Program-made: the position numbers and the translations under genes | The notes under the pieces: generated by a model | What the model was told of the DNA's origin: nothing | Databases searched by the model: none | The model's input: only the letters and a program-made list of their open reading frames with translations | In this document: piece by piece, positions 1-12,803 of the stretch | Position numbering within the stretch: the first letter of the stretch is position 1 | Layout of the letters: the number at the start of each line of letters is the position of its first letter | Source: Chromatiales bacterium | Lineage (GTDB): Bacteria > Pseudomonadota > Gammaproteobacteria > SZUA-152 | Assembly: GCA_026982475.1 (NCBI GenBank) | Contig: JALSHB010000130.1 | Span: 1-62,290 of the forward strand | Length of the DNA: 62,290 nt | Direction of reading: 5' to 3'

Positions 1-1
1 G

Positions 2-112
2 ATCATCCAGGCCCATCGCCGCCTGATGCACAAGCTGCACCCGGACCGCGGCGGCTCGGACTACCTGGCGGCAAAGATCAACCTGGCCAAGGATTGCCTG
101 CTCAAAGACTAA
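2..112 (+). CDS. 3' end of a J-domain (DnaJ-like, Pam18/Tim14-type) protein, partial
   Basis: Frame 2 reads [36 protein letters not shown], with the HPD motif. It runs off the left edge and is absent from the ORF track. Confidence 0.85.
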   Translation: MIQAHRRLMHKLHPDRGGSDYLAAKINLAKDCLLKD

Positions 113-243
113 GTGGGCGGCAGGCACGCATACATCGGCAGCGGTTATTTCTTGACAAAAATAGTCAGCCTTTGCTTAAATGATGCTATATTAGAAAAAT
201 ACGATATATTAACCATCATTTCGCGAAGGACAGGAGCAGACAA

Positions 244-576
244 ATGCAAGTAGAAGCAAACGGCAAGACCATCGAATTGAGCGAGGCCGGCTGGCTGGAG
301 AATCTCGACGAGTGGACCCCGGAAGTGGCCGTGGAGATCGCCAAGAACGAAAAGGTCGAACTGACCGACGAACACTGGGACATCATCAACCTGGCCCGCG
401 AACTGTTCGAGGAGCACGGCAAGGTCTGCGAGCCACGCGCCTTTTCCAAGCAGATGAAAAAGCGCTACGGCAAGGACCGCAGCGACAGCAAGTACATCTA
501 CGCCCTGTTTCCCTACGGCCTGATCAAGTCGGCCAACAAGATCGCCGGCCTGCCGCGCCCCAAGGGTTGCAGCTGA
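244..576 (+). CDS. TusE/DsrC/DsvC-family sulfur relay protein
   Basis: Motifs GWLENLDEW, LTDEHW and LFPYG; C-terminal AGLPRPKGCS carries the terminal Cys; AGGAG RBS. Confidence 0.9.
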   Translation: MQVEANGKTIELSEAGWLENLDEWTPEVAVEIAKNEKVELTDEHWDIINLARELFEEHGKVCEPRAFSKQMKKRYGKDRSDSKYIYALFPYGLIKSANKIAGLPRPKGCS

Positions 577-608
577 GCGTTGGGCGCCATTTCGGGGCCA
601 CTTTTTTT

Positions 609-1015
609 CAACGCAAAGGCGCGGAGACGTAAAGGCCGCAAAGATTCCCGGGGTGACTCAGGACCTCGGCGCTGGCAGGAGAAAGTACTCTGTTTCAGTG
701 CTATCCCGTTATTAACCCGGCAGGACGTAGTTCTACATTTGTCACGCCTAATCTCCTGATTTTAACTTGAACCTGAATCCATGTATCTATCACCACAGAG
801 GCACAGAGAACACAGAGAATGCATCAGTGGGAGGCAATGCCCGGGTGGCGATGTGGCCTGCCCCGACGACCTGGAATTTCATTTCTCTGTGAACACCGTG
901 TCTCTGTGGTGAATCAGGGGACGTTGGCACCGAAAGCCGGACTACGATATCCAACGCAAAGGGCGCAAAGGTTTTCTGAAAGGATTTCCTTTACGCCCTC
1001 TGCGCCTTTGCGTTG
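609..1015. repeat. Intergenic region bounded by about 26-bp imperfect inverted repeats
   Basis: caacgcaaaggcgcggagacgtaaag (609-634) pairs with ctttacgccctctgcgcctttgcgttg (989-1015). Confidence 0.75.
783..1012 (+). mobile_element. Truncated copy of the IS66-like MITE (left part only)
   Basis: Near-identical to about the first 230 nt of 29884-30200. The right terminal repeat and TSD are missing. Confidence 0.85.
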
Positions 1016-1022
1016 GATCTTT

Positions 1023-1925
1023 TCAGTCATCCGCCACATCCCGCGCATAAAAATCCGGCAGGCCCTCGGGCTGCCCCTTGAAGCGCTTGTAGCCCCACTG
1101 GTACTGCGCCGGCAGTTCCCGCACGCAGGCCTCCACACCCTGGTTGAGGCGGGTGGCGGCGATGCCGAGGTCGGCATCGTCGATGCCGGCCGGCGCCGGG
1201 CGGACATGCAGGCGGAAACCGCGCCCCCAAGACAGCCGTTCGGCATAAATGAACAGCACCGTGGCGCCGGATTTGCGCGCCAGCTTGGGCAGCAGCACCA
1301 TGGTGTGGGCCGGGTGGCCGAAGAAGGCGGCAAATACGCCGGAGTCTCGCTCCGGGTCCTGGTCCGGCAGGATACCGATCATCTTGCCCTGGCGCAGGGC
1401 GCGCAGCAGGACGCGCACGCCGCTGGCATCGGTGGGCACCAGCCGGGCGCCACCGCGCTCTCGGCCATGCAGCATCAGCTCGTTCATCGCCACCAGCTTG
1501 GGCGGACGGTACATGCTGGTAATGCCCCACTGGGCCGACAGGTACAGGCCGGTCATTTCCCAGCTCCCCAGGTGCGGCGAGAGCATGATCACGCCGCGGC
1601 CACGGGCCATGCCCTGCTGTAACAGTTCCTCCCCCACCACTTCGCGCACCAGCGGCAGTACACGGGGCAAGGGCCGCAGCCAGAGGATGGCCGTCTCGGC
1701 GGCGGTGCGGCCGGTCTCCCTCAGGCTTTGGCGCAGCAGGCGGCGGCGTTGCGCCGGGCTCCAGTCGGGGAAGCAGCGCTGGATGTTGCGCCGCGCCACG
1801 CGCCGCGTCTCGTTGGGAAACAGGCTCAGCAGCCCACCCAGTGTCGCCCCCAGCCCCTGCGCCAGCGGCAGCGGCAGACGGGCGGTGACCCGGAACAGGA
1901 CACGCACGACCCGGCCGCGAATCAC
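1023..1925 (-). CDS. Lipid A biosynthesis (HtrB/LpxL-family) acyltransferase
   Basis: Motifs PHLGSWE, LPDQDP, FFG and QYQWGYKRFK. Confidence 0.88.
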   Translation of the reverse strand: MIRGRVVRVLFRVTARLPLPLAQGLGATLGGLLSLFPNETRRVARRNIQRCFPDWSPAQRRRLLRQSLRETGRTAAETAILWLRPLPRVLPLVREVVGEELLQQGMARGRGVIMLSPHLGSWEMTGLYLSAQWGITSMYRPPKLVAMNELMLHGRERGGARLVPTDASGVRVLLRALRQGKMIGILPDQDPERDSGVFAAFFGHPAHTMVLLPKLARKSGATVLFIYAERLSWGRGFRLHVRPAPAGIDDADLGIAATRLNQGVEACVRELPAQYQWGYKRFKGQPEGLPDFYARDVADD

Positions 1926-2683
1926 CCCCCCCGCCCCTCCCGCCGGTGCTGGTAGAAATCGCTTTGCATCATCGGCCGCATGGCGGTCAGCAGGCTCTTG
2001 AACAGGCCCGCGTTCTGGCCCTCCTCGGCGGCCAGCAGTTCCTTCATGTGCTGGCGCTGGGTGGGCATGTCGAAGCAGGCGGGGCAGCTGTCGGGCACCA
2101 CCGGCAGGCTGGCGGCCTCGGCAAAGGCGGCGGTCTGCCGTTCACGGGCGTAGACCAGGGGGCGGATGATGCGCACGTCGCCGGCGTCGTTCTGGTAACA
2201 GGCCTTCATGGTGCGCAGCTGACCGCCGTGGAAGGCGGACATGAGGAAGCTCTCGGCCAGGTCGTCCAGGTGCTGGCCGAGGGCAAGCACGTTGAAGCCC
2301 TGTTCGCGCAGGGTGGTGTACATGATGCCGCGCTTCATGCGCGAGCAGTAGGCGCAGAAAGAGTCGCCATCCATGTGCGCCTTCGCCTGTTCCATGATGG
2401 GCTGGGAGACGAAGTGCCAGGGCACGCCGAGGGCGGTCATGTGGGGTTCGAGGGTGGCGGGCTCGAAGCCCTCCACCTGCGGGTCCACGGTCAGCGCTGC
2501 CAGTTCGAAGTGGATCGGCGCGCGGCGCCGCAGGTGGTGCAGGATGTGCAGCAGGGAGAGGGAATCCTTGCCGCCGGAGACGGCGACCATGATCCGGTCA
2601 CCCTCGCGGATCATGTCGAAATCGGCAATGGCGCGCCCCACCGGGCGCAGCAGGGACTTGGGGGGTGTTGCAAAGGTTTCCAT
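1922..2683 (-). CDS. TtcA-family tRNA 2-thiocytidine biosynthesis protein
   Basis: PP-loop SGGKDS, CAYC, GQHLDD, IIRPL and CPAC. Start placed at ATG 2683. Confidence 0.85.
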   Translation of the reverse strand: METFATPPKSLLRPVGRAIADFDMIREGDRIMVAVSGGKDSLSLLHILHHLRRRAPIHFELAALTVDPQVEGFEPATLEPHMTALGVPWHFVSQPIMEQAKAHMDGDSFCAYCSRMKRGIMYTTLREQGFNVLALGQHLDDLAESFLMSAFHGGQLRTMKACYQNDAGDVRIIRPLVYARERQTAAFAEAASLPVVPDSCPACFDMPTQRQHMKELLAAEEGQNAGLFKSLLTAMRPMMQSDFYQHRREGRGG

Positions 2684-2798
2684 GGGTGCATAGTGTAACC
2701 CGATGCGGGGGTGCCGTAGCGCCAGAAGATTTTCCGACAGGCGTATAATCGCCCTCCGCAGACACCGCCTGGCCAACCCCGACTAGAGATGCACCACG

Positions 2799-3062
2799 AT
2801 GGAAATCTTCTACATCCTCAACCACTGGCACTGGTGGGCGCTGGCCACGCTGTTGTTGATTGCCGAGCTGCTGTCGCCCAGCGCCTGGTTTCTGGCCCTG
2901 TCCCTCTCTGCACTGGCCACCGGACTGGTGGTGTGGGGAATGCCGGAACTGGCCGGGCTGGTGCAGCTGGGCATCTTTGTCGCCCTGGCTGCCGTCAGCG
3001 TGCCCTATTCGCTACTGCGCCTGCGCCGCCGTGCAGCAGGCCGAAAATCCACCGATCAATGA
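2799..3062 (+). CDS. Short NfeD/YbbJ-like membrane protein (membrane segment only)
   Basis: HWHWW...LLIAELL...FL...QLGIF pattern typical of the YbbJ N-terminus; hydrophobic. Confidence 0.6.
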   Translation: MEIFYILNHWHWWALATLLLIAELLSPSAWFLALSLSALATGLVVWGMPELAGLVQLGIFVALAAVSVPYSLLRLRRRAAGRKSTDQ

Positions 3063-3079
3063 TCACGAAGGACATCACC

Positions 3080-3505
3080 ATGAGCAAAAACGAAGTCAAG
3101 TCACTGACCCCCAAAGAGGCCTACGAACTGCTGGAAAAAAACCCCAGCGCGGTGATGATCGACGTGCGCTCATCGATGGAATTCCTCTTCGTCGGCCATC
3201 CCAAGGGCGCCATCCACGTGGCCTGGATCGACGAGCCGGACTGGAAGGTGGACCCGGACTTTCCCGCCCATGTGCGCCAGGTGATGCTCGGCGGCCTCAG
3301 CTGTCACGACGAAGGTTGCGCGCCGGTGGTGCTCATCTGCCGCAGCGGCAAGCGTTCACTGGAGGCCGGCGAGGCCCTGGTCAAGGACGGTTTCCCCGAA
3401 GTGTACAACGTGCTGGAAGGCTTCGAGGGCGAACTGGACGATGAACACCATCGCTCGTCGCTGGGCGGCTGGCGTTTTCACGGTCTGCCGTGGGAGCAGT
3501 GCTGA
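3080..3505 (+). CDS. Single-domain rhodanese / sulfurtransferase
   Basis: Motifs IDVR, GHPKGA, active-site ICRSGKRS, EGFEG and GLPWEQ. Confidence 0.9.
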   Translation: MSKNEVKSLTPKEAYELLEKNPSAVMIDVRSSMEFLFVGHPKGAIHVAWIDEPDWKVDPDFPAHVRQVMLGGLSCHDEGCAPVVLICRSGKRSLEAGEALVKDGFPEVYNVLEGFEGELDDEHHRSSLGGWRFHGLPWEQC

Positions 3506-3522
3506 AAACGGCCAAACTTCCA

Positions 3523-3593
3523 GCAGGGGCGGCCCCTCAGGCCGCGTAGAATTTCCCAACATTGCCATCGCGGCCTGAGGGGCCGCTCCTACA
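3523..3593. repeat. Inverted pair of GTAG-family REP elements
   Basis: gcaggggcggcccctcaggccgcg ... cgcggcctgaggggccgctcctaca. Confidence 0.75.
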
Positions 3594-3662
3594 GGCATGT
3601 CCCGTGCTAAAATGGCCGGCTATTTCCCTCGGTCCGCCGCCGTATTTTCCGTGAGCAAGCCC

Positions 3663-7394
<3,732 letters not shown>

Positions 7395-7453
7395 AGCGCC
7401 TTCGCGCGAACCTGTTCGTAGCCGGCTTTTCGCGCCTGAAGGCGCTCCTGCAG
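7395..7453. repeat. Degenerate REP pair downstream of metH
   Basis: agcgccttcgcgcgaa ... ttcgcgcctgaaggcgctcctgca; same family as 22412-22465. Confidence 0.65.
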
Positions 7454-7593
7454 TGCCGGATATCTCGGTTTCCGCGCTGGAAGCTGCGGAAAGTCAACCG
7501 GCACAAACACCTGCCGGCCTCTCTCAAGGCCCTGATGCGGCAAGGTCTTGATAGGATAGTACGGAGGCGTTGTTAACCCGGGAGGATCAATGC

Positions 7594-7704
7594 AATACAG
7601 CTAAAGCATCAGCTACCGCGTTGCGTTTTCTCGCCATAGACACCACTATGCCTTCAAAAACGCGCCTTGCATCTGATGCTTTAGCGCTTCGCTGAATGCG
7701 TATT
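7594..7704. repeat. ERIC-like nested palindromic repeat (about 110 bp)
   Basis: Nested inverted repeats: gctaaagcatcag/ctgatgctttagc, gcgtttt/aaaacgc, catag/ctatg; aatac...gtatt ends. Confidence 0.6.
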
Positions 7705-7868
7705 TTATTCGTTACAGTACACTAGAAGCGGGCCATGTCCGCGATCAACCTTCAACTTGCGGCACCGCTCTGCGGTGTCACACATCCCGTGGCGCTCAGC
7801 GCCACCTCCCCCGCGGCCGCCCCGCTCGCATCCGCCCGACACACGGCGGTTTCCGCTGACTTTTCGGG

Positions 7869-7874
7869 TACAAT
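7869..7874 (+). promoter_or_regulatory. Putative -10 element (TACAAT) for ubiC
   Basis: TACAAT would lie about 40 nt upstream of the ubiC GTG if the MITE were removed. Confidence 0.45.
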
Positions 7875-7887
7875 ACGGCCCTTTCAA

Positions 7888-8123
7888 CCTAGATTAATCA
7901 GCTGAACGGCCTGTCCAGTGGTTCTGAGTGTTCGTCTGGCGTAGCAAAAAACGAGTTAATGGCTTGGTTCCTTAAGGAGTTTTTTGCACGGTCAGGCGGA
8001 TACTCAGAGCTGCTGGGCGGGTCGTAGCGTCCTCACCCAACCGGTGAAGCCTTGCTTTTCGATGAATTCATTTATGACCATGCACTTAGACTTACCTCGA
8101 AGCGGTCAGCTGATTAATCTAGG
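7888..8123. mobile_element. 236-bp MITE with IS1380-family-like ends
   Basis: Perfect 18-bp terminal IR CCTAGATTAATCAGCTGA; flanking 5-bp direct repeat TTCAA (7883-7887, 8124-8128); no transposase. Confidence 0.85.
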
Positions 8124-8148
8124 TTCAAATCCCCGGACGTTCCCATCC

Positions 8149-8715
8149 GTGAATCAGACTGGTTTTGGCAGGCATCGACGCGAGCCGCGCTGGCATTCGC
8201 CGACGGCGGCGCAGCGGGCGCGCGTGCCGCCGCAGCGGCTGGACTGGCTGCTGGACGATGGCTCGCTGACCCGGCGGCTGGTGGCGGCCTGCGGTGAGGC
8301 CTTCCGGGTCGCACCGCTGAGCCAGGGCTGGCGGCGGCCGCTGCTCAACGAGGCGGGGGCGCTGGGCATGCGCCCGGAACACTATGCCTTCGTGCGCGAG
8401 GTGCATCTGCTGTGCGGCGAGCGCCCGTGGGTGTTTGCACGCACGGTGATCCCGCCACACACACTGGCCGGCGGGCGTCGCCGTCTCGCGCGCCTCGGCG
8501 ACAAGCCGCTGGGCGCGGTGCTGTTCGCCGACCGCTCCATGCGCCGCAGCCCGGTGCAGATCGCCCGCCTGCGACCGGGGCAGTGGCTGTTCGATGCCGC
8601 CACCGCGCCGCTAACCTCGGCGCCAGCGGAGATCTGGGGCCGCCGTTCGCTGTTCTGGCTGGGCGGCCATCCACTGCTGGTGAACGAAATCTTCCTGCCG
8701 GAACTGGGCGAGTAA
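8149..8715 (+). CDS. ubiC: Chorismate--pyruvate lyase
   Basis: Motifs [32 protein letters not shown] and LVNEIFLP; precedes ubiA. GTG start assumed. Confidence 0.92.
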   Translation: MNQTGFGRHRREPRWHSPTAAQRARVPPQRLDWLLDDGSLTRRLVAACGEAFRVAPLSQGWRRPLLNEAGALGMRPEHYAFVREVHLLCGERPWVFARTVIPPHTLAGGRRRLARLGDKPLGAVLFADRSMRRSPVQIARLRPGQWLFDAATAPLTSAPAEIWGRRSLFWLGGHPLLVNEIFLPELGE

Positions 8716-9590
8716 TGGATTGGGATCACATCAAGGACCGCGCCTGGCAGTACGCCCTGCTGATGCGCCTGGACAAGCCCATCGGCGTGTTCCTGCTGCT
8801 GTGGCCCACCTGCTGGGCGCTGTGGATCGCCGGCGAAGGCAACCCGGATACGGGCGTGACCCTGGTGTTCGTGCTCGGCGTGATATTGATGCGCTCGGCC
8901 GGCTGCGTGATCAACGATTACGCCGACCGCGATTTCGACCCGCACGTGAAGCGCACCGAGCAGCGCCCCATCGCCGCCGGCAAGGTGACGCCAAAGGAGG
9001 CGCTGGCGCTGTTCGCGGTGCTGTGCGCGCTGGCCTTCGCCCTGGTGCTGACCATGAACTGGCTGACCATCGGCCTGTCGGTGATCGGCGCGGTGCTGGC
9101 GGCGGTGTATCCCTATACCAAACGCCACACCTACCTGCCGCAGGTGTTTCTCGGCCTGGCCTTCGGCTGGGCGGTACCGATGGTGTTCGCCGCGCAGACC
9201 GGCACGGTGCCGGCGGTGGCCTGGCTGCTGCTGATGGCCACGGTGCTATGGGCCACGGCCTACGACACCATGTATGCCATGGTGGATCGCGCGGATGACA
9301 TAAAGATCGGCGTGCGCTCCACGGCGATCCTGTTCGGCGATGCCGACCGGGTGATCATCGGCATCATCCAGGCCCTGCTGCTGCTGACCCTGTGGATCGT
9401 CGGCAACAAGGCGGAACTGGGACTCTATTACAACCTGGGCCTGCTGGCGGCCGCGGGGCTGGCGGCGTATCAGCAATACCTGATCCGCAACCGCGACCCG
9501 CGCGGCAGCTTTCAGGCCTTTCTCAACAACCACTGGTTCGGCGCGGTCATCTTCGTCGCACTGGTGCTCGACTACTGGATGAAGAACTGA
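8715..9590 (+). CDS. ubiA: 4-hydroxybenzoate octaprenyltransferase
   Basis: Motifs [22 protein letters not shown] and [10 protein letters not shown]; TAATG coupling to ubiC. Confidence 0.96.
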   Translation: MDWDHIKDRAWQYALLMRLDKPIGVFLLLWPTCWALWIAGEGNPDTGVTLVFVLGVILMRSAGCVINDYADRDFDPHVKRTEQRPIAAGKVTPKEALALFAVLCALAFALVLTMNWLTIGLSVIGAVLAAVYPYTKRHTYLPQVFLGLAFGWAVPMVFAAQTGTVPAVAWLLLMATVLWATAYDTMYAMVDRADDIKIGVRSTAILFGDADRVIIGIIQALLLLTLWIVGNKAELGLYYNLGLLAAAGLAAYQQYLIRNRDPRGSFQAFLNNHWFGAVIFVALVLDYWMKN

Positions 9591-9592
9591 CC

Positions 9593-10567
9593 ATGTGGAT
9601 GGCCTGGCTGGCAATTATTGGTGGATTTGCACTGCTCATGTGGAGCGCCGAGCGCTTCGTCCTCGGCGGCTCGGCGCTGGCGCGCAATCTCGGCGTCTCA
9701 CCGCTGATCATCGGCATGGTGGTGATGGGCTTCGGCACCTCGCTGCCGGAGATGCTGGTATCCGGCATCGCCGCCGGCAATGGCAATCCGGCGCTGGGCA
9801 TCGGCAACGCCATCGGCTCCAACATCGCCAACATCGGTCTGGTGCTGGGCATCACGGCGCTGATCGTGCCGCTGACCGTCGCCTCCGGCACCCTGAAGCG
9901 TGAATACCCGGTGCTGTTCGGCGTGATGCTGCTGGCCAGCGCGCTGTTGTGGGACGGCGAGCTGTCCCGCCTGGACGGCATCATCCTGTTCAGCGGCTTC
10001 TTCCTGGTCATGGGCTGGATGGTCTGGCAGGGCATGAATGGCCGCAAGGACGGTGTCGACCCCCTGGTGGCGGAACTGGAGACCGAGATCCCCACCGACA
10101 TGAGCACCGGCGTCGCCCTGCTGTGGGGCCTGCTCGGCCTCGTCATCCTCATCGGCAGCTCGCGCCTGCTGGTGTGGGGGGCGGTGGAGGTGGCGCAGAG
10201 CTTTGGTGTCAGCGACCTGATCATCGGCCTCACCATCGTCGCCATCGGCACCAGCCTGCCGGAACTGGCCGCCTCGGTGATGAGCGCCCTCAAGGGCGAG
10301 GACGACATGGCGGTGGGCAATGTGCTCGGTTCCAACATGTTCAACCTGCTGGCGGTGCTGGCCCTGCCCGGGATCATCCTGCCCAGCACCCTGGACGCGG
10401 CGGTGATGCAGCGCGATTTTCCCATCATGATAGGATTGACCATCGCCCTGTTCGCCATGGCCTACGGCTTCCGCGGCCCGGGGCGCATCAACCGCGTCGA
10501 AGGCGGCCTGCTGCTGGCGGCCTTCGTCGCCTACATGGCCTGGCTCGGGCGCACCGGGCTGGCCTGA
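9593..10567 (+). CDS. yrbG: Calcium/sodium antiporter (YrbG family)
   Basis: Two GTSLPE...GNxxGSN alpha repeats; upstream of kdsD. Confidence 0.88.
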   Translation: MWMAWLAIIGGFALLMWSAERFVLGGSALARNLGVSPLIIGMVVMGFGTSLPEMLVSGIAAGNGNPALGIGNAIGSNIANIGLVLGITALIVPLTVASGTLKREYPVLFGVMLLASALLWDGELSRLDGIILFSGFFLVMGWMVWQGMNGRKDGVDPLVAELETEIPTDMSTGVALLWGLLGLVILIGSSRLLVWGAVEVAQSFGVSDLIIGLTIVAIGTSLPELAASVMSALKGEDDMAVGNVLGSNMFNLLAVLALPGIILPSTLDAAVMQRDFPIMIGLTIALFAMAYGFRGPGRINRVEGGLLLAAFVAYMAWLGRTGLA

Positions 10568-10607
10568 GCCGGCTTCACGGCGAAGCCGAGGGAGTGAAGA
10601 AACTGAA

Positions 10608-11471
10608 ATGATGGTACGCCGCCTGCACCTGCTGCTTCTCTGCCTGCTCCTGTCCCCGGCGGCACTGGCCGAGACCTCCCTGTGGCAGGTGCGCGACGGC
10701 GAGCGGACGATGTACCTCGGCGGCACCGTGCATGTGCTGGCCGCGGCCGACTACCCCCTGCCGGCGGCCTTCGACCGGGCCTACGCGCAGGCCGACCGGG
10801 TGGTATTCGAGACCGACATGCAGGCCATCAACAGCCCCGCCTTCCAGCTGCAGATGATGCAGCGGCTGACCTACGACGACGGCCGCGGCCTCAGGGACGA
10901 ACTGGGCACGCGGGCCTACGACGCCCTGCAGGCCTACAGCCGCAAGCGCAACCTGCCCATGGCCATGCTCGAACGGTTCCGCCCGGCGATGGTGAGCCTG
11001 GTCATCGTCATGACCGAGTTGGAACGCCTCGGCATCAACGGCACCGGCGTCGACGAACACTTCCACCGCCGCGCGCGGGCCGACGGCAAGCCCGTGGGGC
11101 AGCTCGAAACGCCCCAGGCGCAGCTGGAATTCATCGCCGGCATGGGGCGGGGCGAGGAAGACGCACTGATCCTCAACAGCCTGCGCGATGCCGAACAGGT
11201 GGCGACAATGATGAGCAGAATGAAGGCCGCGTGGCGCAGCGGCGACCTTGCACAGCTGGAGAAGGTGGGCCTGGAGCCCATGCGCCGAGACTATCCGGGC
11301 CTGTACGAGAATCTGCTGGTGAAACGCAACCAGGCCTGGCTGGGCAGGCTCGAAGGGATGCTCAAGAATGCCGGCACCGAACTGGTGCTGGTGGGCGCGA
11401 TGCACCTGGTGGGGCATGAAGGCCTGCTGGAACAGCTGCGTACCCGGGGTTATGAAATCATTCAGCAGTAG
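10608..11471 (+). CDS. TraB/GumN (Tiki-like) family exported protein
   Basis: Signal peptide; motifs LWQV..YLGGTVH, VVFE, GVD, LET, RNQAW and LVGAMHL. Confidence 0.85.
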   Translation: MMVRRLHLLLLCLLLSPAALAETSLWQVRDGERTMYLGGTVHVLAAADYPLPAAFDRAYAQADRVVFETDMQAINSPAFQLQMMQRLTYDDGRGLRDELGTRAYDALQAYSRKRNLPMAMLERFRPAMVSLVIVMTELERLGINGTGVDEHFHRRARADGKPVGQLETPQAQLEFIAGMGRGEEDALILNSLRDAEQVATMMSRMKAAWRSGDLAQLEKVGLEPMRRDYPGLYENLLVKRNQAWLGRLEGMLKNAGTELVLVGAMHLVGHEGLLEQLRTRGYEIIQQ

Positions 11472-11474
11472 AAT

Positions 11475-11646
11475 CACCACAGAGGCACGGGGGACACAGG
11501 GAAAAACACAATCCGTCATTGCGGACGACGCGTAGATCCGGAGTCCAGCGGCCCAATCCAAGCCACTGGATTCCAGCCTTCTCCGCAATAGCGCCTTTTT
11601 TACAGGCCCTTCTCTGTGCCTCTGTGGCACAAACCTGTGGCACAAA
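11475..11646. repeat. Nested palindromic repeat with CACCACAGAGGCAC arms
   Basis: Outer arms caccacagaggcac/gtgcctctgtgg; inner ttgcgga/tccgcaa and tccagcggc/gccactgga; followed by a 12-bp direct repeat ctgtggcacaaa. Confidence 0.65.
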
Positions 11647-11693
11647 TAACAACGGCAACACACGACCAGTAACAGACAGGCAGAACCACCGCC

Positions 11694-12668
11694 ATGAACG
11701 ATACCCAGATACAACAGCTGGCGCGCGCCGTCATCGACACCGAGGCCGCCGCCGTTTCGGCCCTGCGCGAACGCATCGGCACCGCATTCCTGCACGCCTG
11801 CCGCTTCATGTACGACTGCCACGGCCGCATCGTGGTGCTGGGCATGGGCAAGTCCGGGCACATCGGCGAAAAGATCGCCGCCACCCTGGCCAGCACCGGC
11901 AGCCCGGCCTTCTTCGTCCACCCCGGCGAGGCCAGCCACGGCGACATGGGCATGATCACCGACGAGGATGTGGTGCTGGCGCTGTCCAACTCCGGCGAGA
12001 CCACCGAGATCGTCACCATCCTGCCGCTCATCAAGCGCCTCGGCGTGCCGCTCATCGCCCTCACCGGCAAGCCCGATTCCACCCTCGCCCGCGCCGCCGA
12101 CGCGCACATCGACGTCAGCGTGGAGAAAGAGGCCTGCCCGCTGGGCCTGGCCCCCACCGCCAGCACCACCGCCACCCTGGCGATGGGCGACGCCCTGGCC
12201 GTGGCGCTGCTGGAACGGCGCAACTTCACCGCCGACGACTTCGCCCTCTCCCACCCCGGCGGCCAGCTGGGCCGGCGCCTGCTGCTGCACGTCGACGACA
12301 TCATGCACGCCGGCGAACGCACCCCGCGCGTGGCCGAGGACGCCAGCCTCAGCGAGGCCCTGCTGGAGATGACCGCCAAGGGCCTGGGCATGACCGCCAT
12401 CGTCGACAACGAAGAGCGCGTCGCCGGCATCTTCACCGACGGCGACCTGCGCCGGGTGCTGGATCACGGCGAGGTCAACGTGCGCGAGATGCGCGTGGCG
12501 GAAGTCATGACCCGTGACTGCCTGACCGTCAACAGCGGCCTGCTGGCGGTGGAGGTGCTGCACCTGATGGAACAGCACAAGATCAACGCCCTGCTGGTGG
12601 TGGACGGCAACGGCAAGCTGGTCGGCGCGCTCAACATGCATGATCTGCTGCGCGCGGGTGTGGTGTAA
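11694..12668 (+). CDS. kdsD: Arabinose-5-phosphate isomerase
   Basis: Motifs GMGKSGHIG, HPGEASHGD and KEACPLGLAPT; CBS pair. Confidence 0.96.
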   Translation: MNDTQIQQLARAVIDTEAAAVSALRERIGTAFLHACRFMYDCHGRIVVLGMGKSGHIGEKIAATLASTGSPAFFVHPGEASHGDMGMITDEDVVLALSNSGETTEIVTILPLIKRLGVPLIALTGKPDSTLARAADAHIDVSVEKEACPLGLAPTASTTATLAMGDALAVALLERRNFTADDFALSHPGGQLGRRLLLHVDDIMHAGERTPRVAEDASLSEALLEMTAKGLGMTAIVDNEERVAGIFTDGDLRRVLDHGEVNVREMRVAEVMTRDCLTVNSGLLAVEVLHLMEQHKINALLVVDGNGKLVGALNMHDLLRAGVV

Positions 12669-12687
12669 TTGTTCCATGGGGCATTTT

Positions 12688-12755
12688 TGTGGGAGCGGCT
12701 TCAGCCGCGATGCCGCCGTGATACCCAGGCATTTCGCGGCTGAAGCCGCTCCCAC
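12688..12755. repeat. Inverted REP pair
   Basis: tgtgggagcggcttcagccgcga ... tcgcggctgaagccgctcccac. Confidence 0.8.
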
Positions 12756-12803
12756 CGTGCAAACGGTTTGATTGCTCCGCTTCAGGGAATCAAGGAACCC
12801 ATC

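Noticed and set aside
7984-8148. N-terminal extension of UbiC from the ORF track, and ORFs inside the MITEs (819-1622, 29801-30145, 31236-31673)
   Set aside because: These frames are read through non-coding repeat elements, and UbiC homology begins after the MITE.
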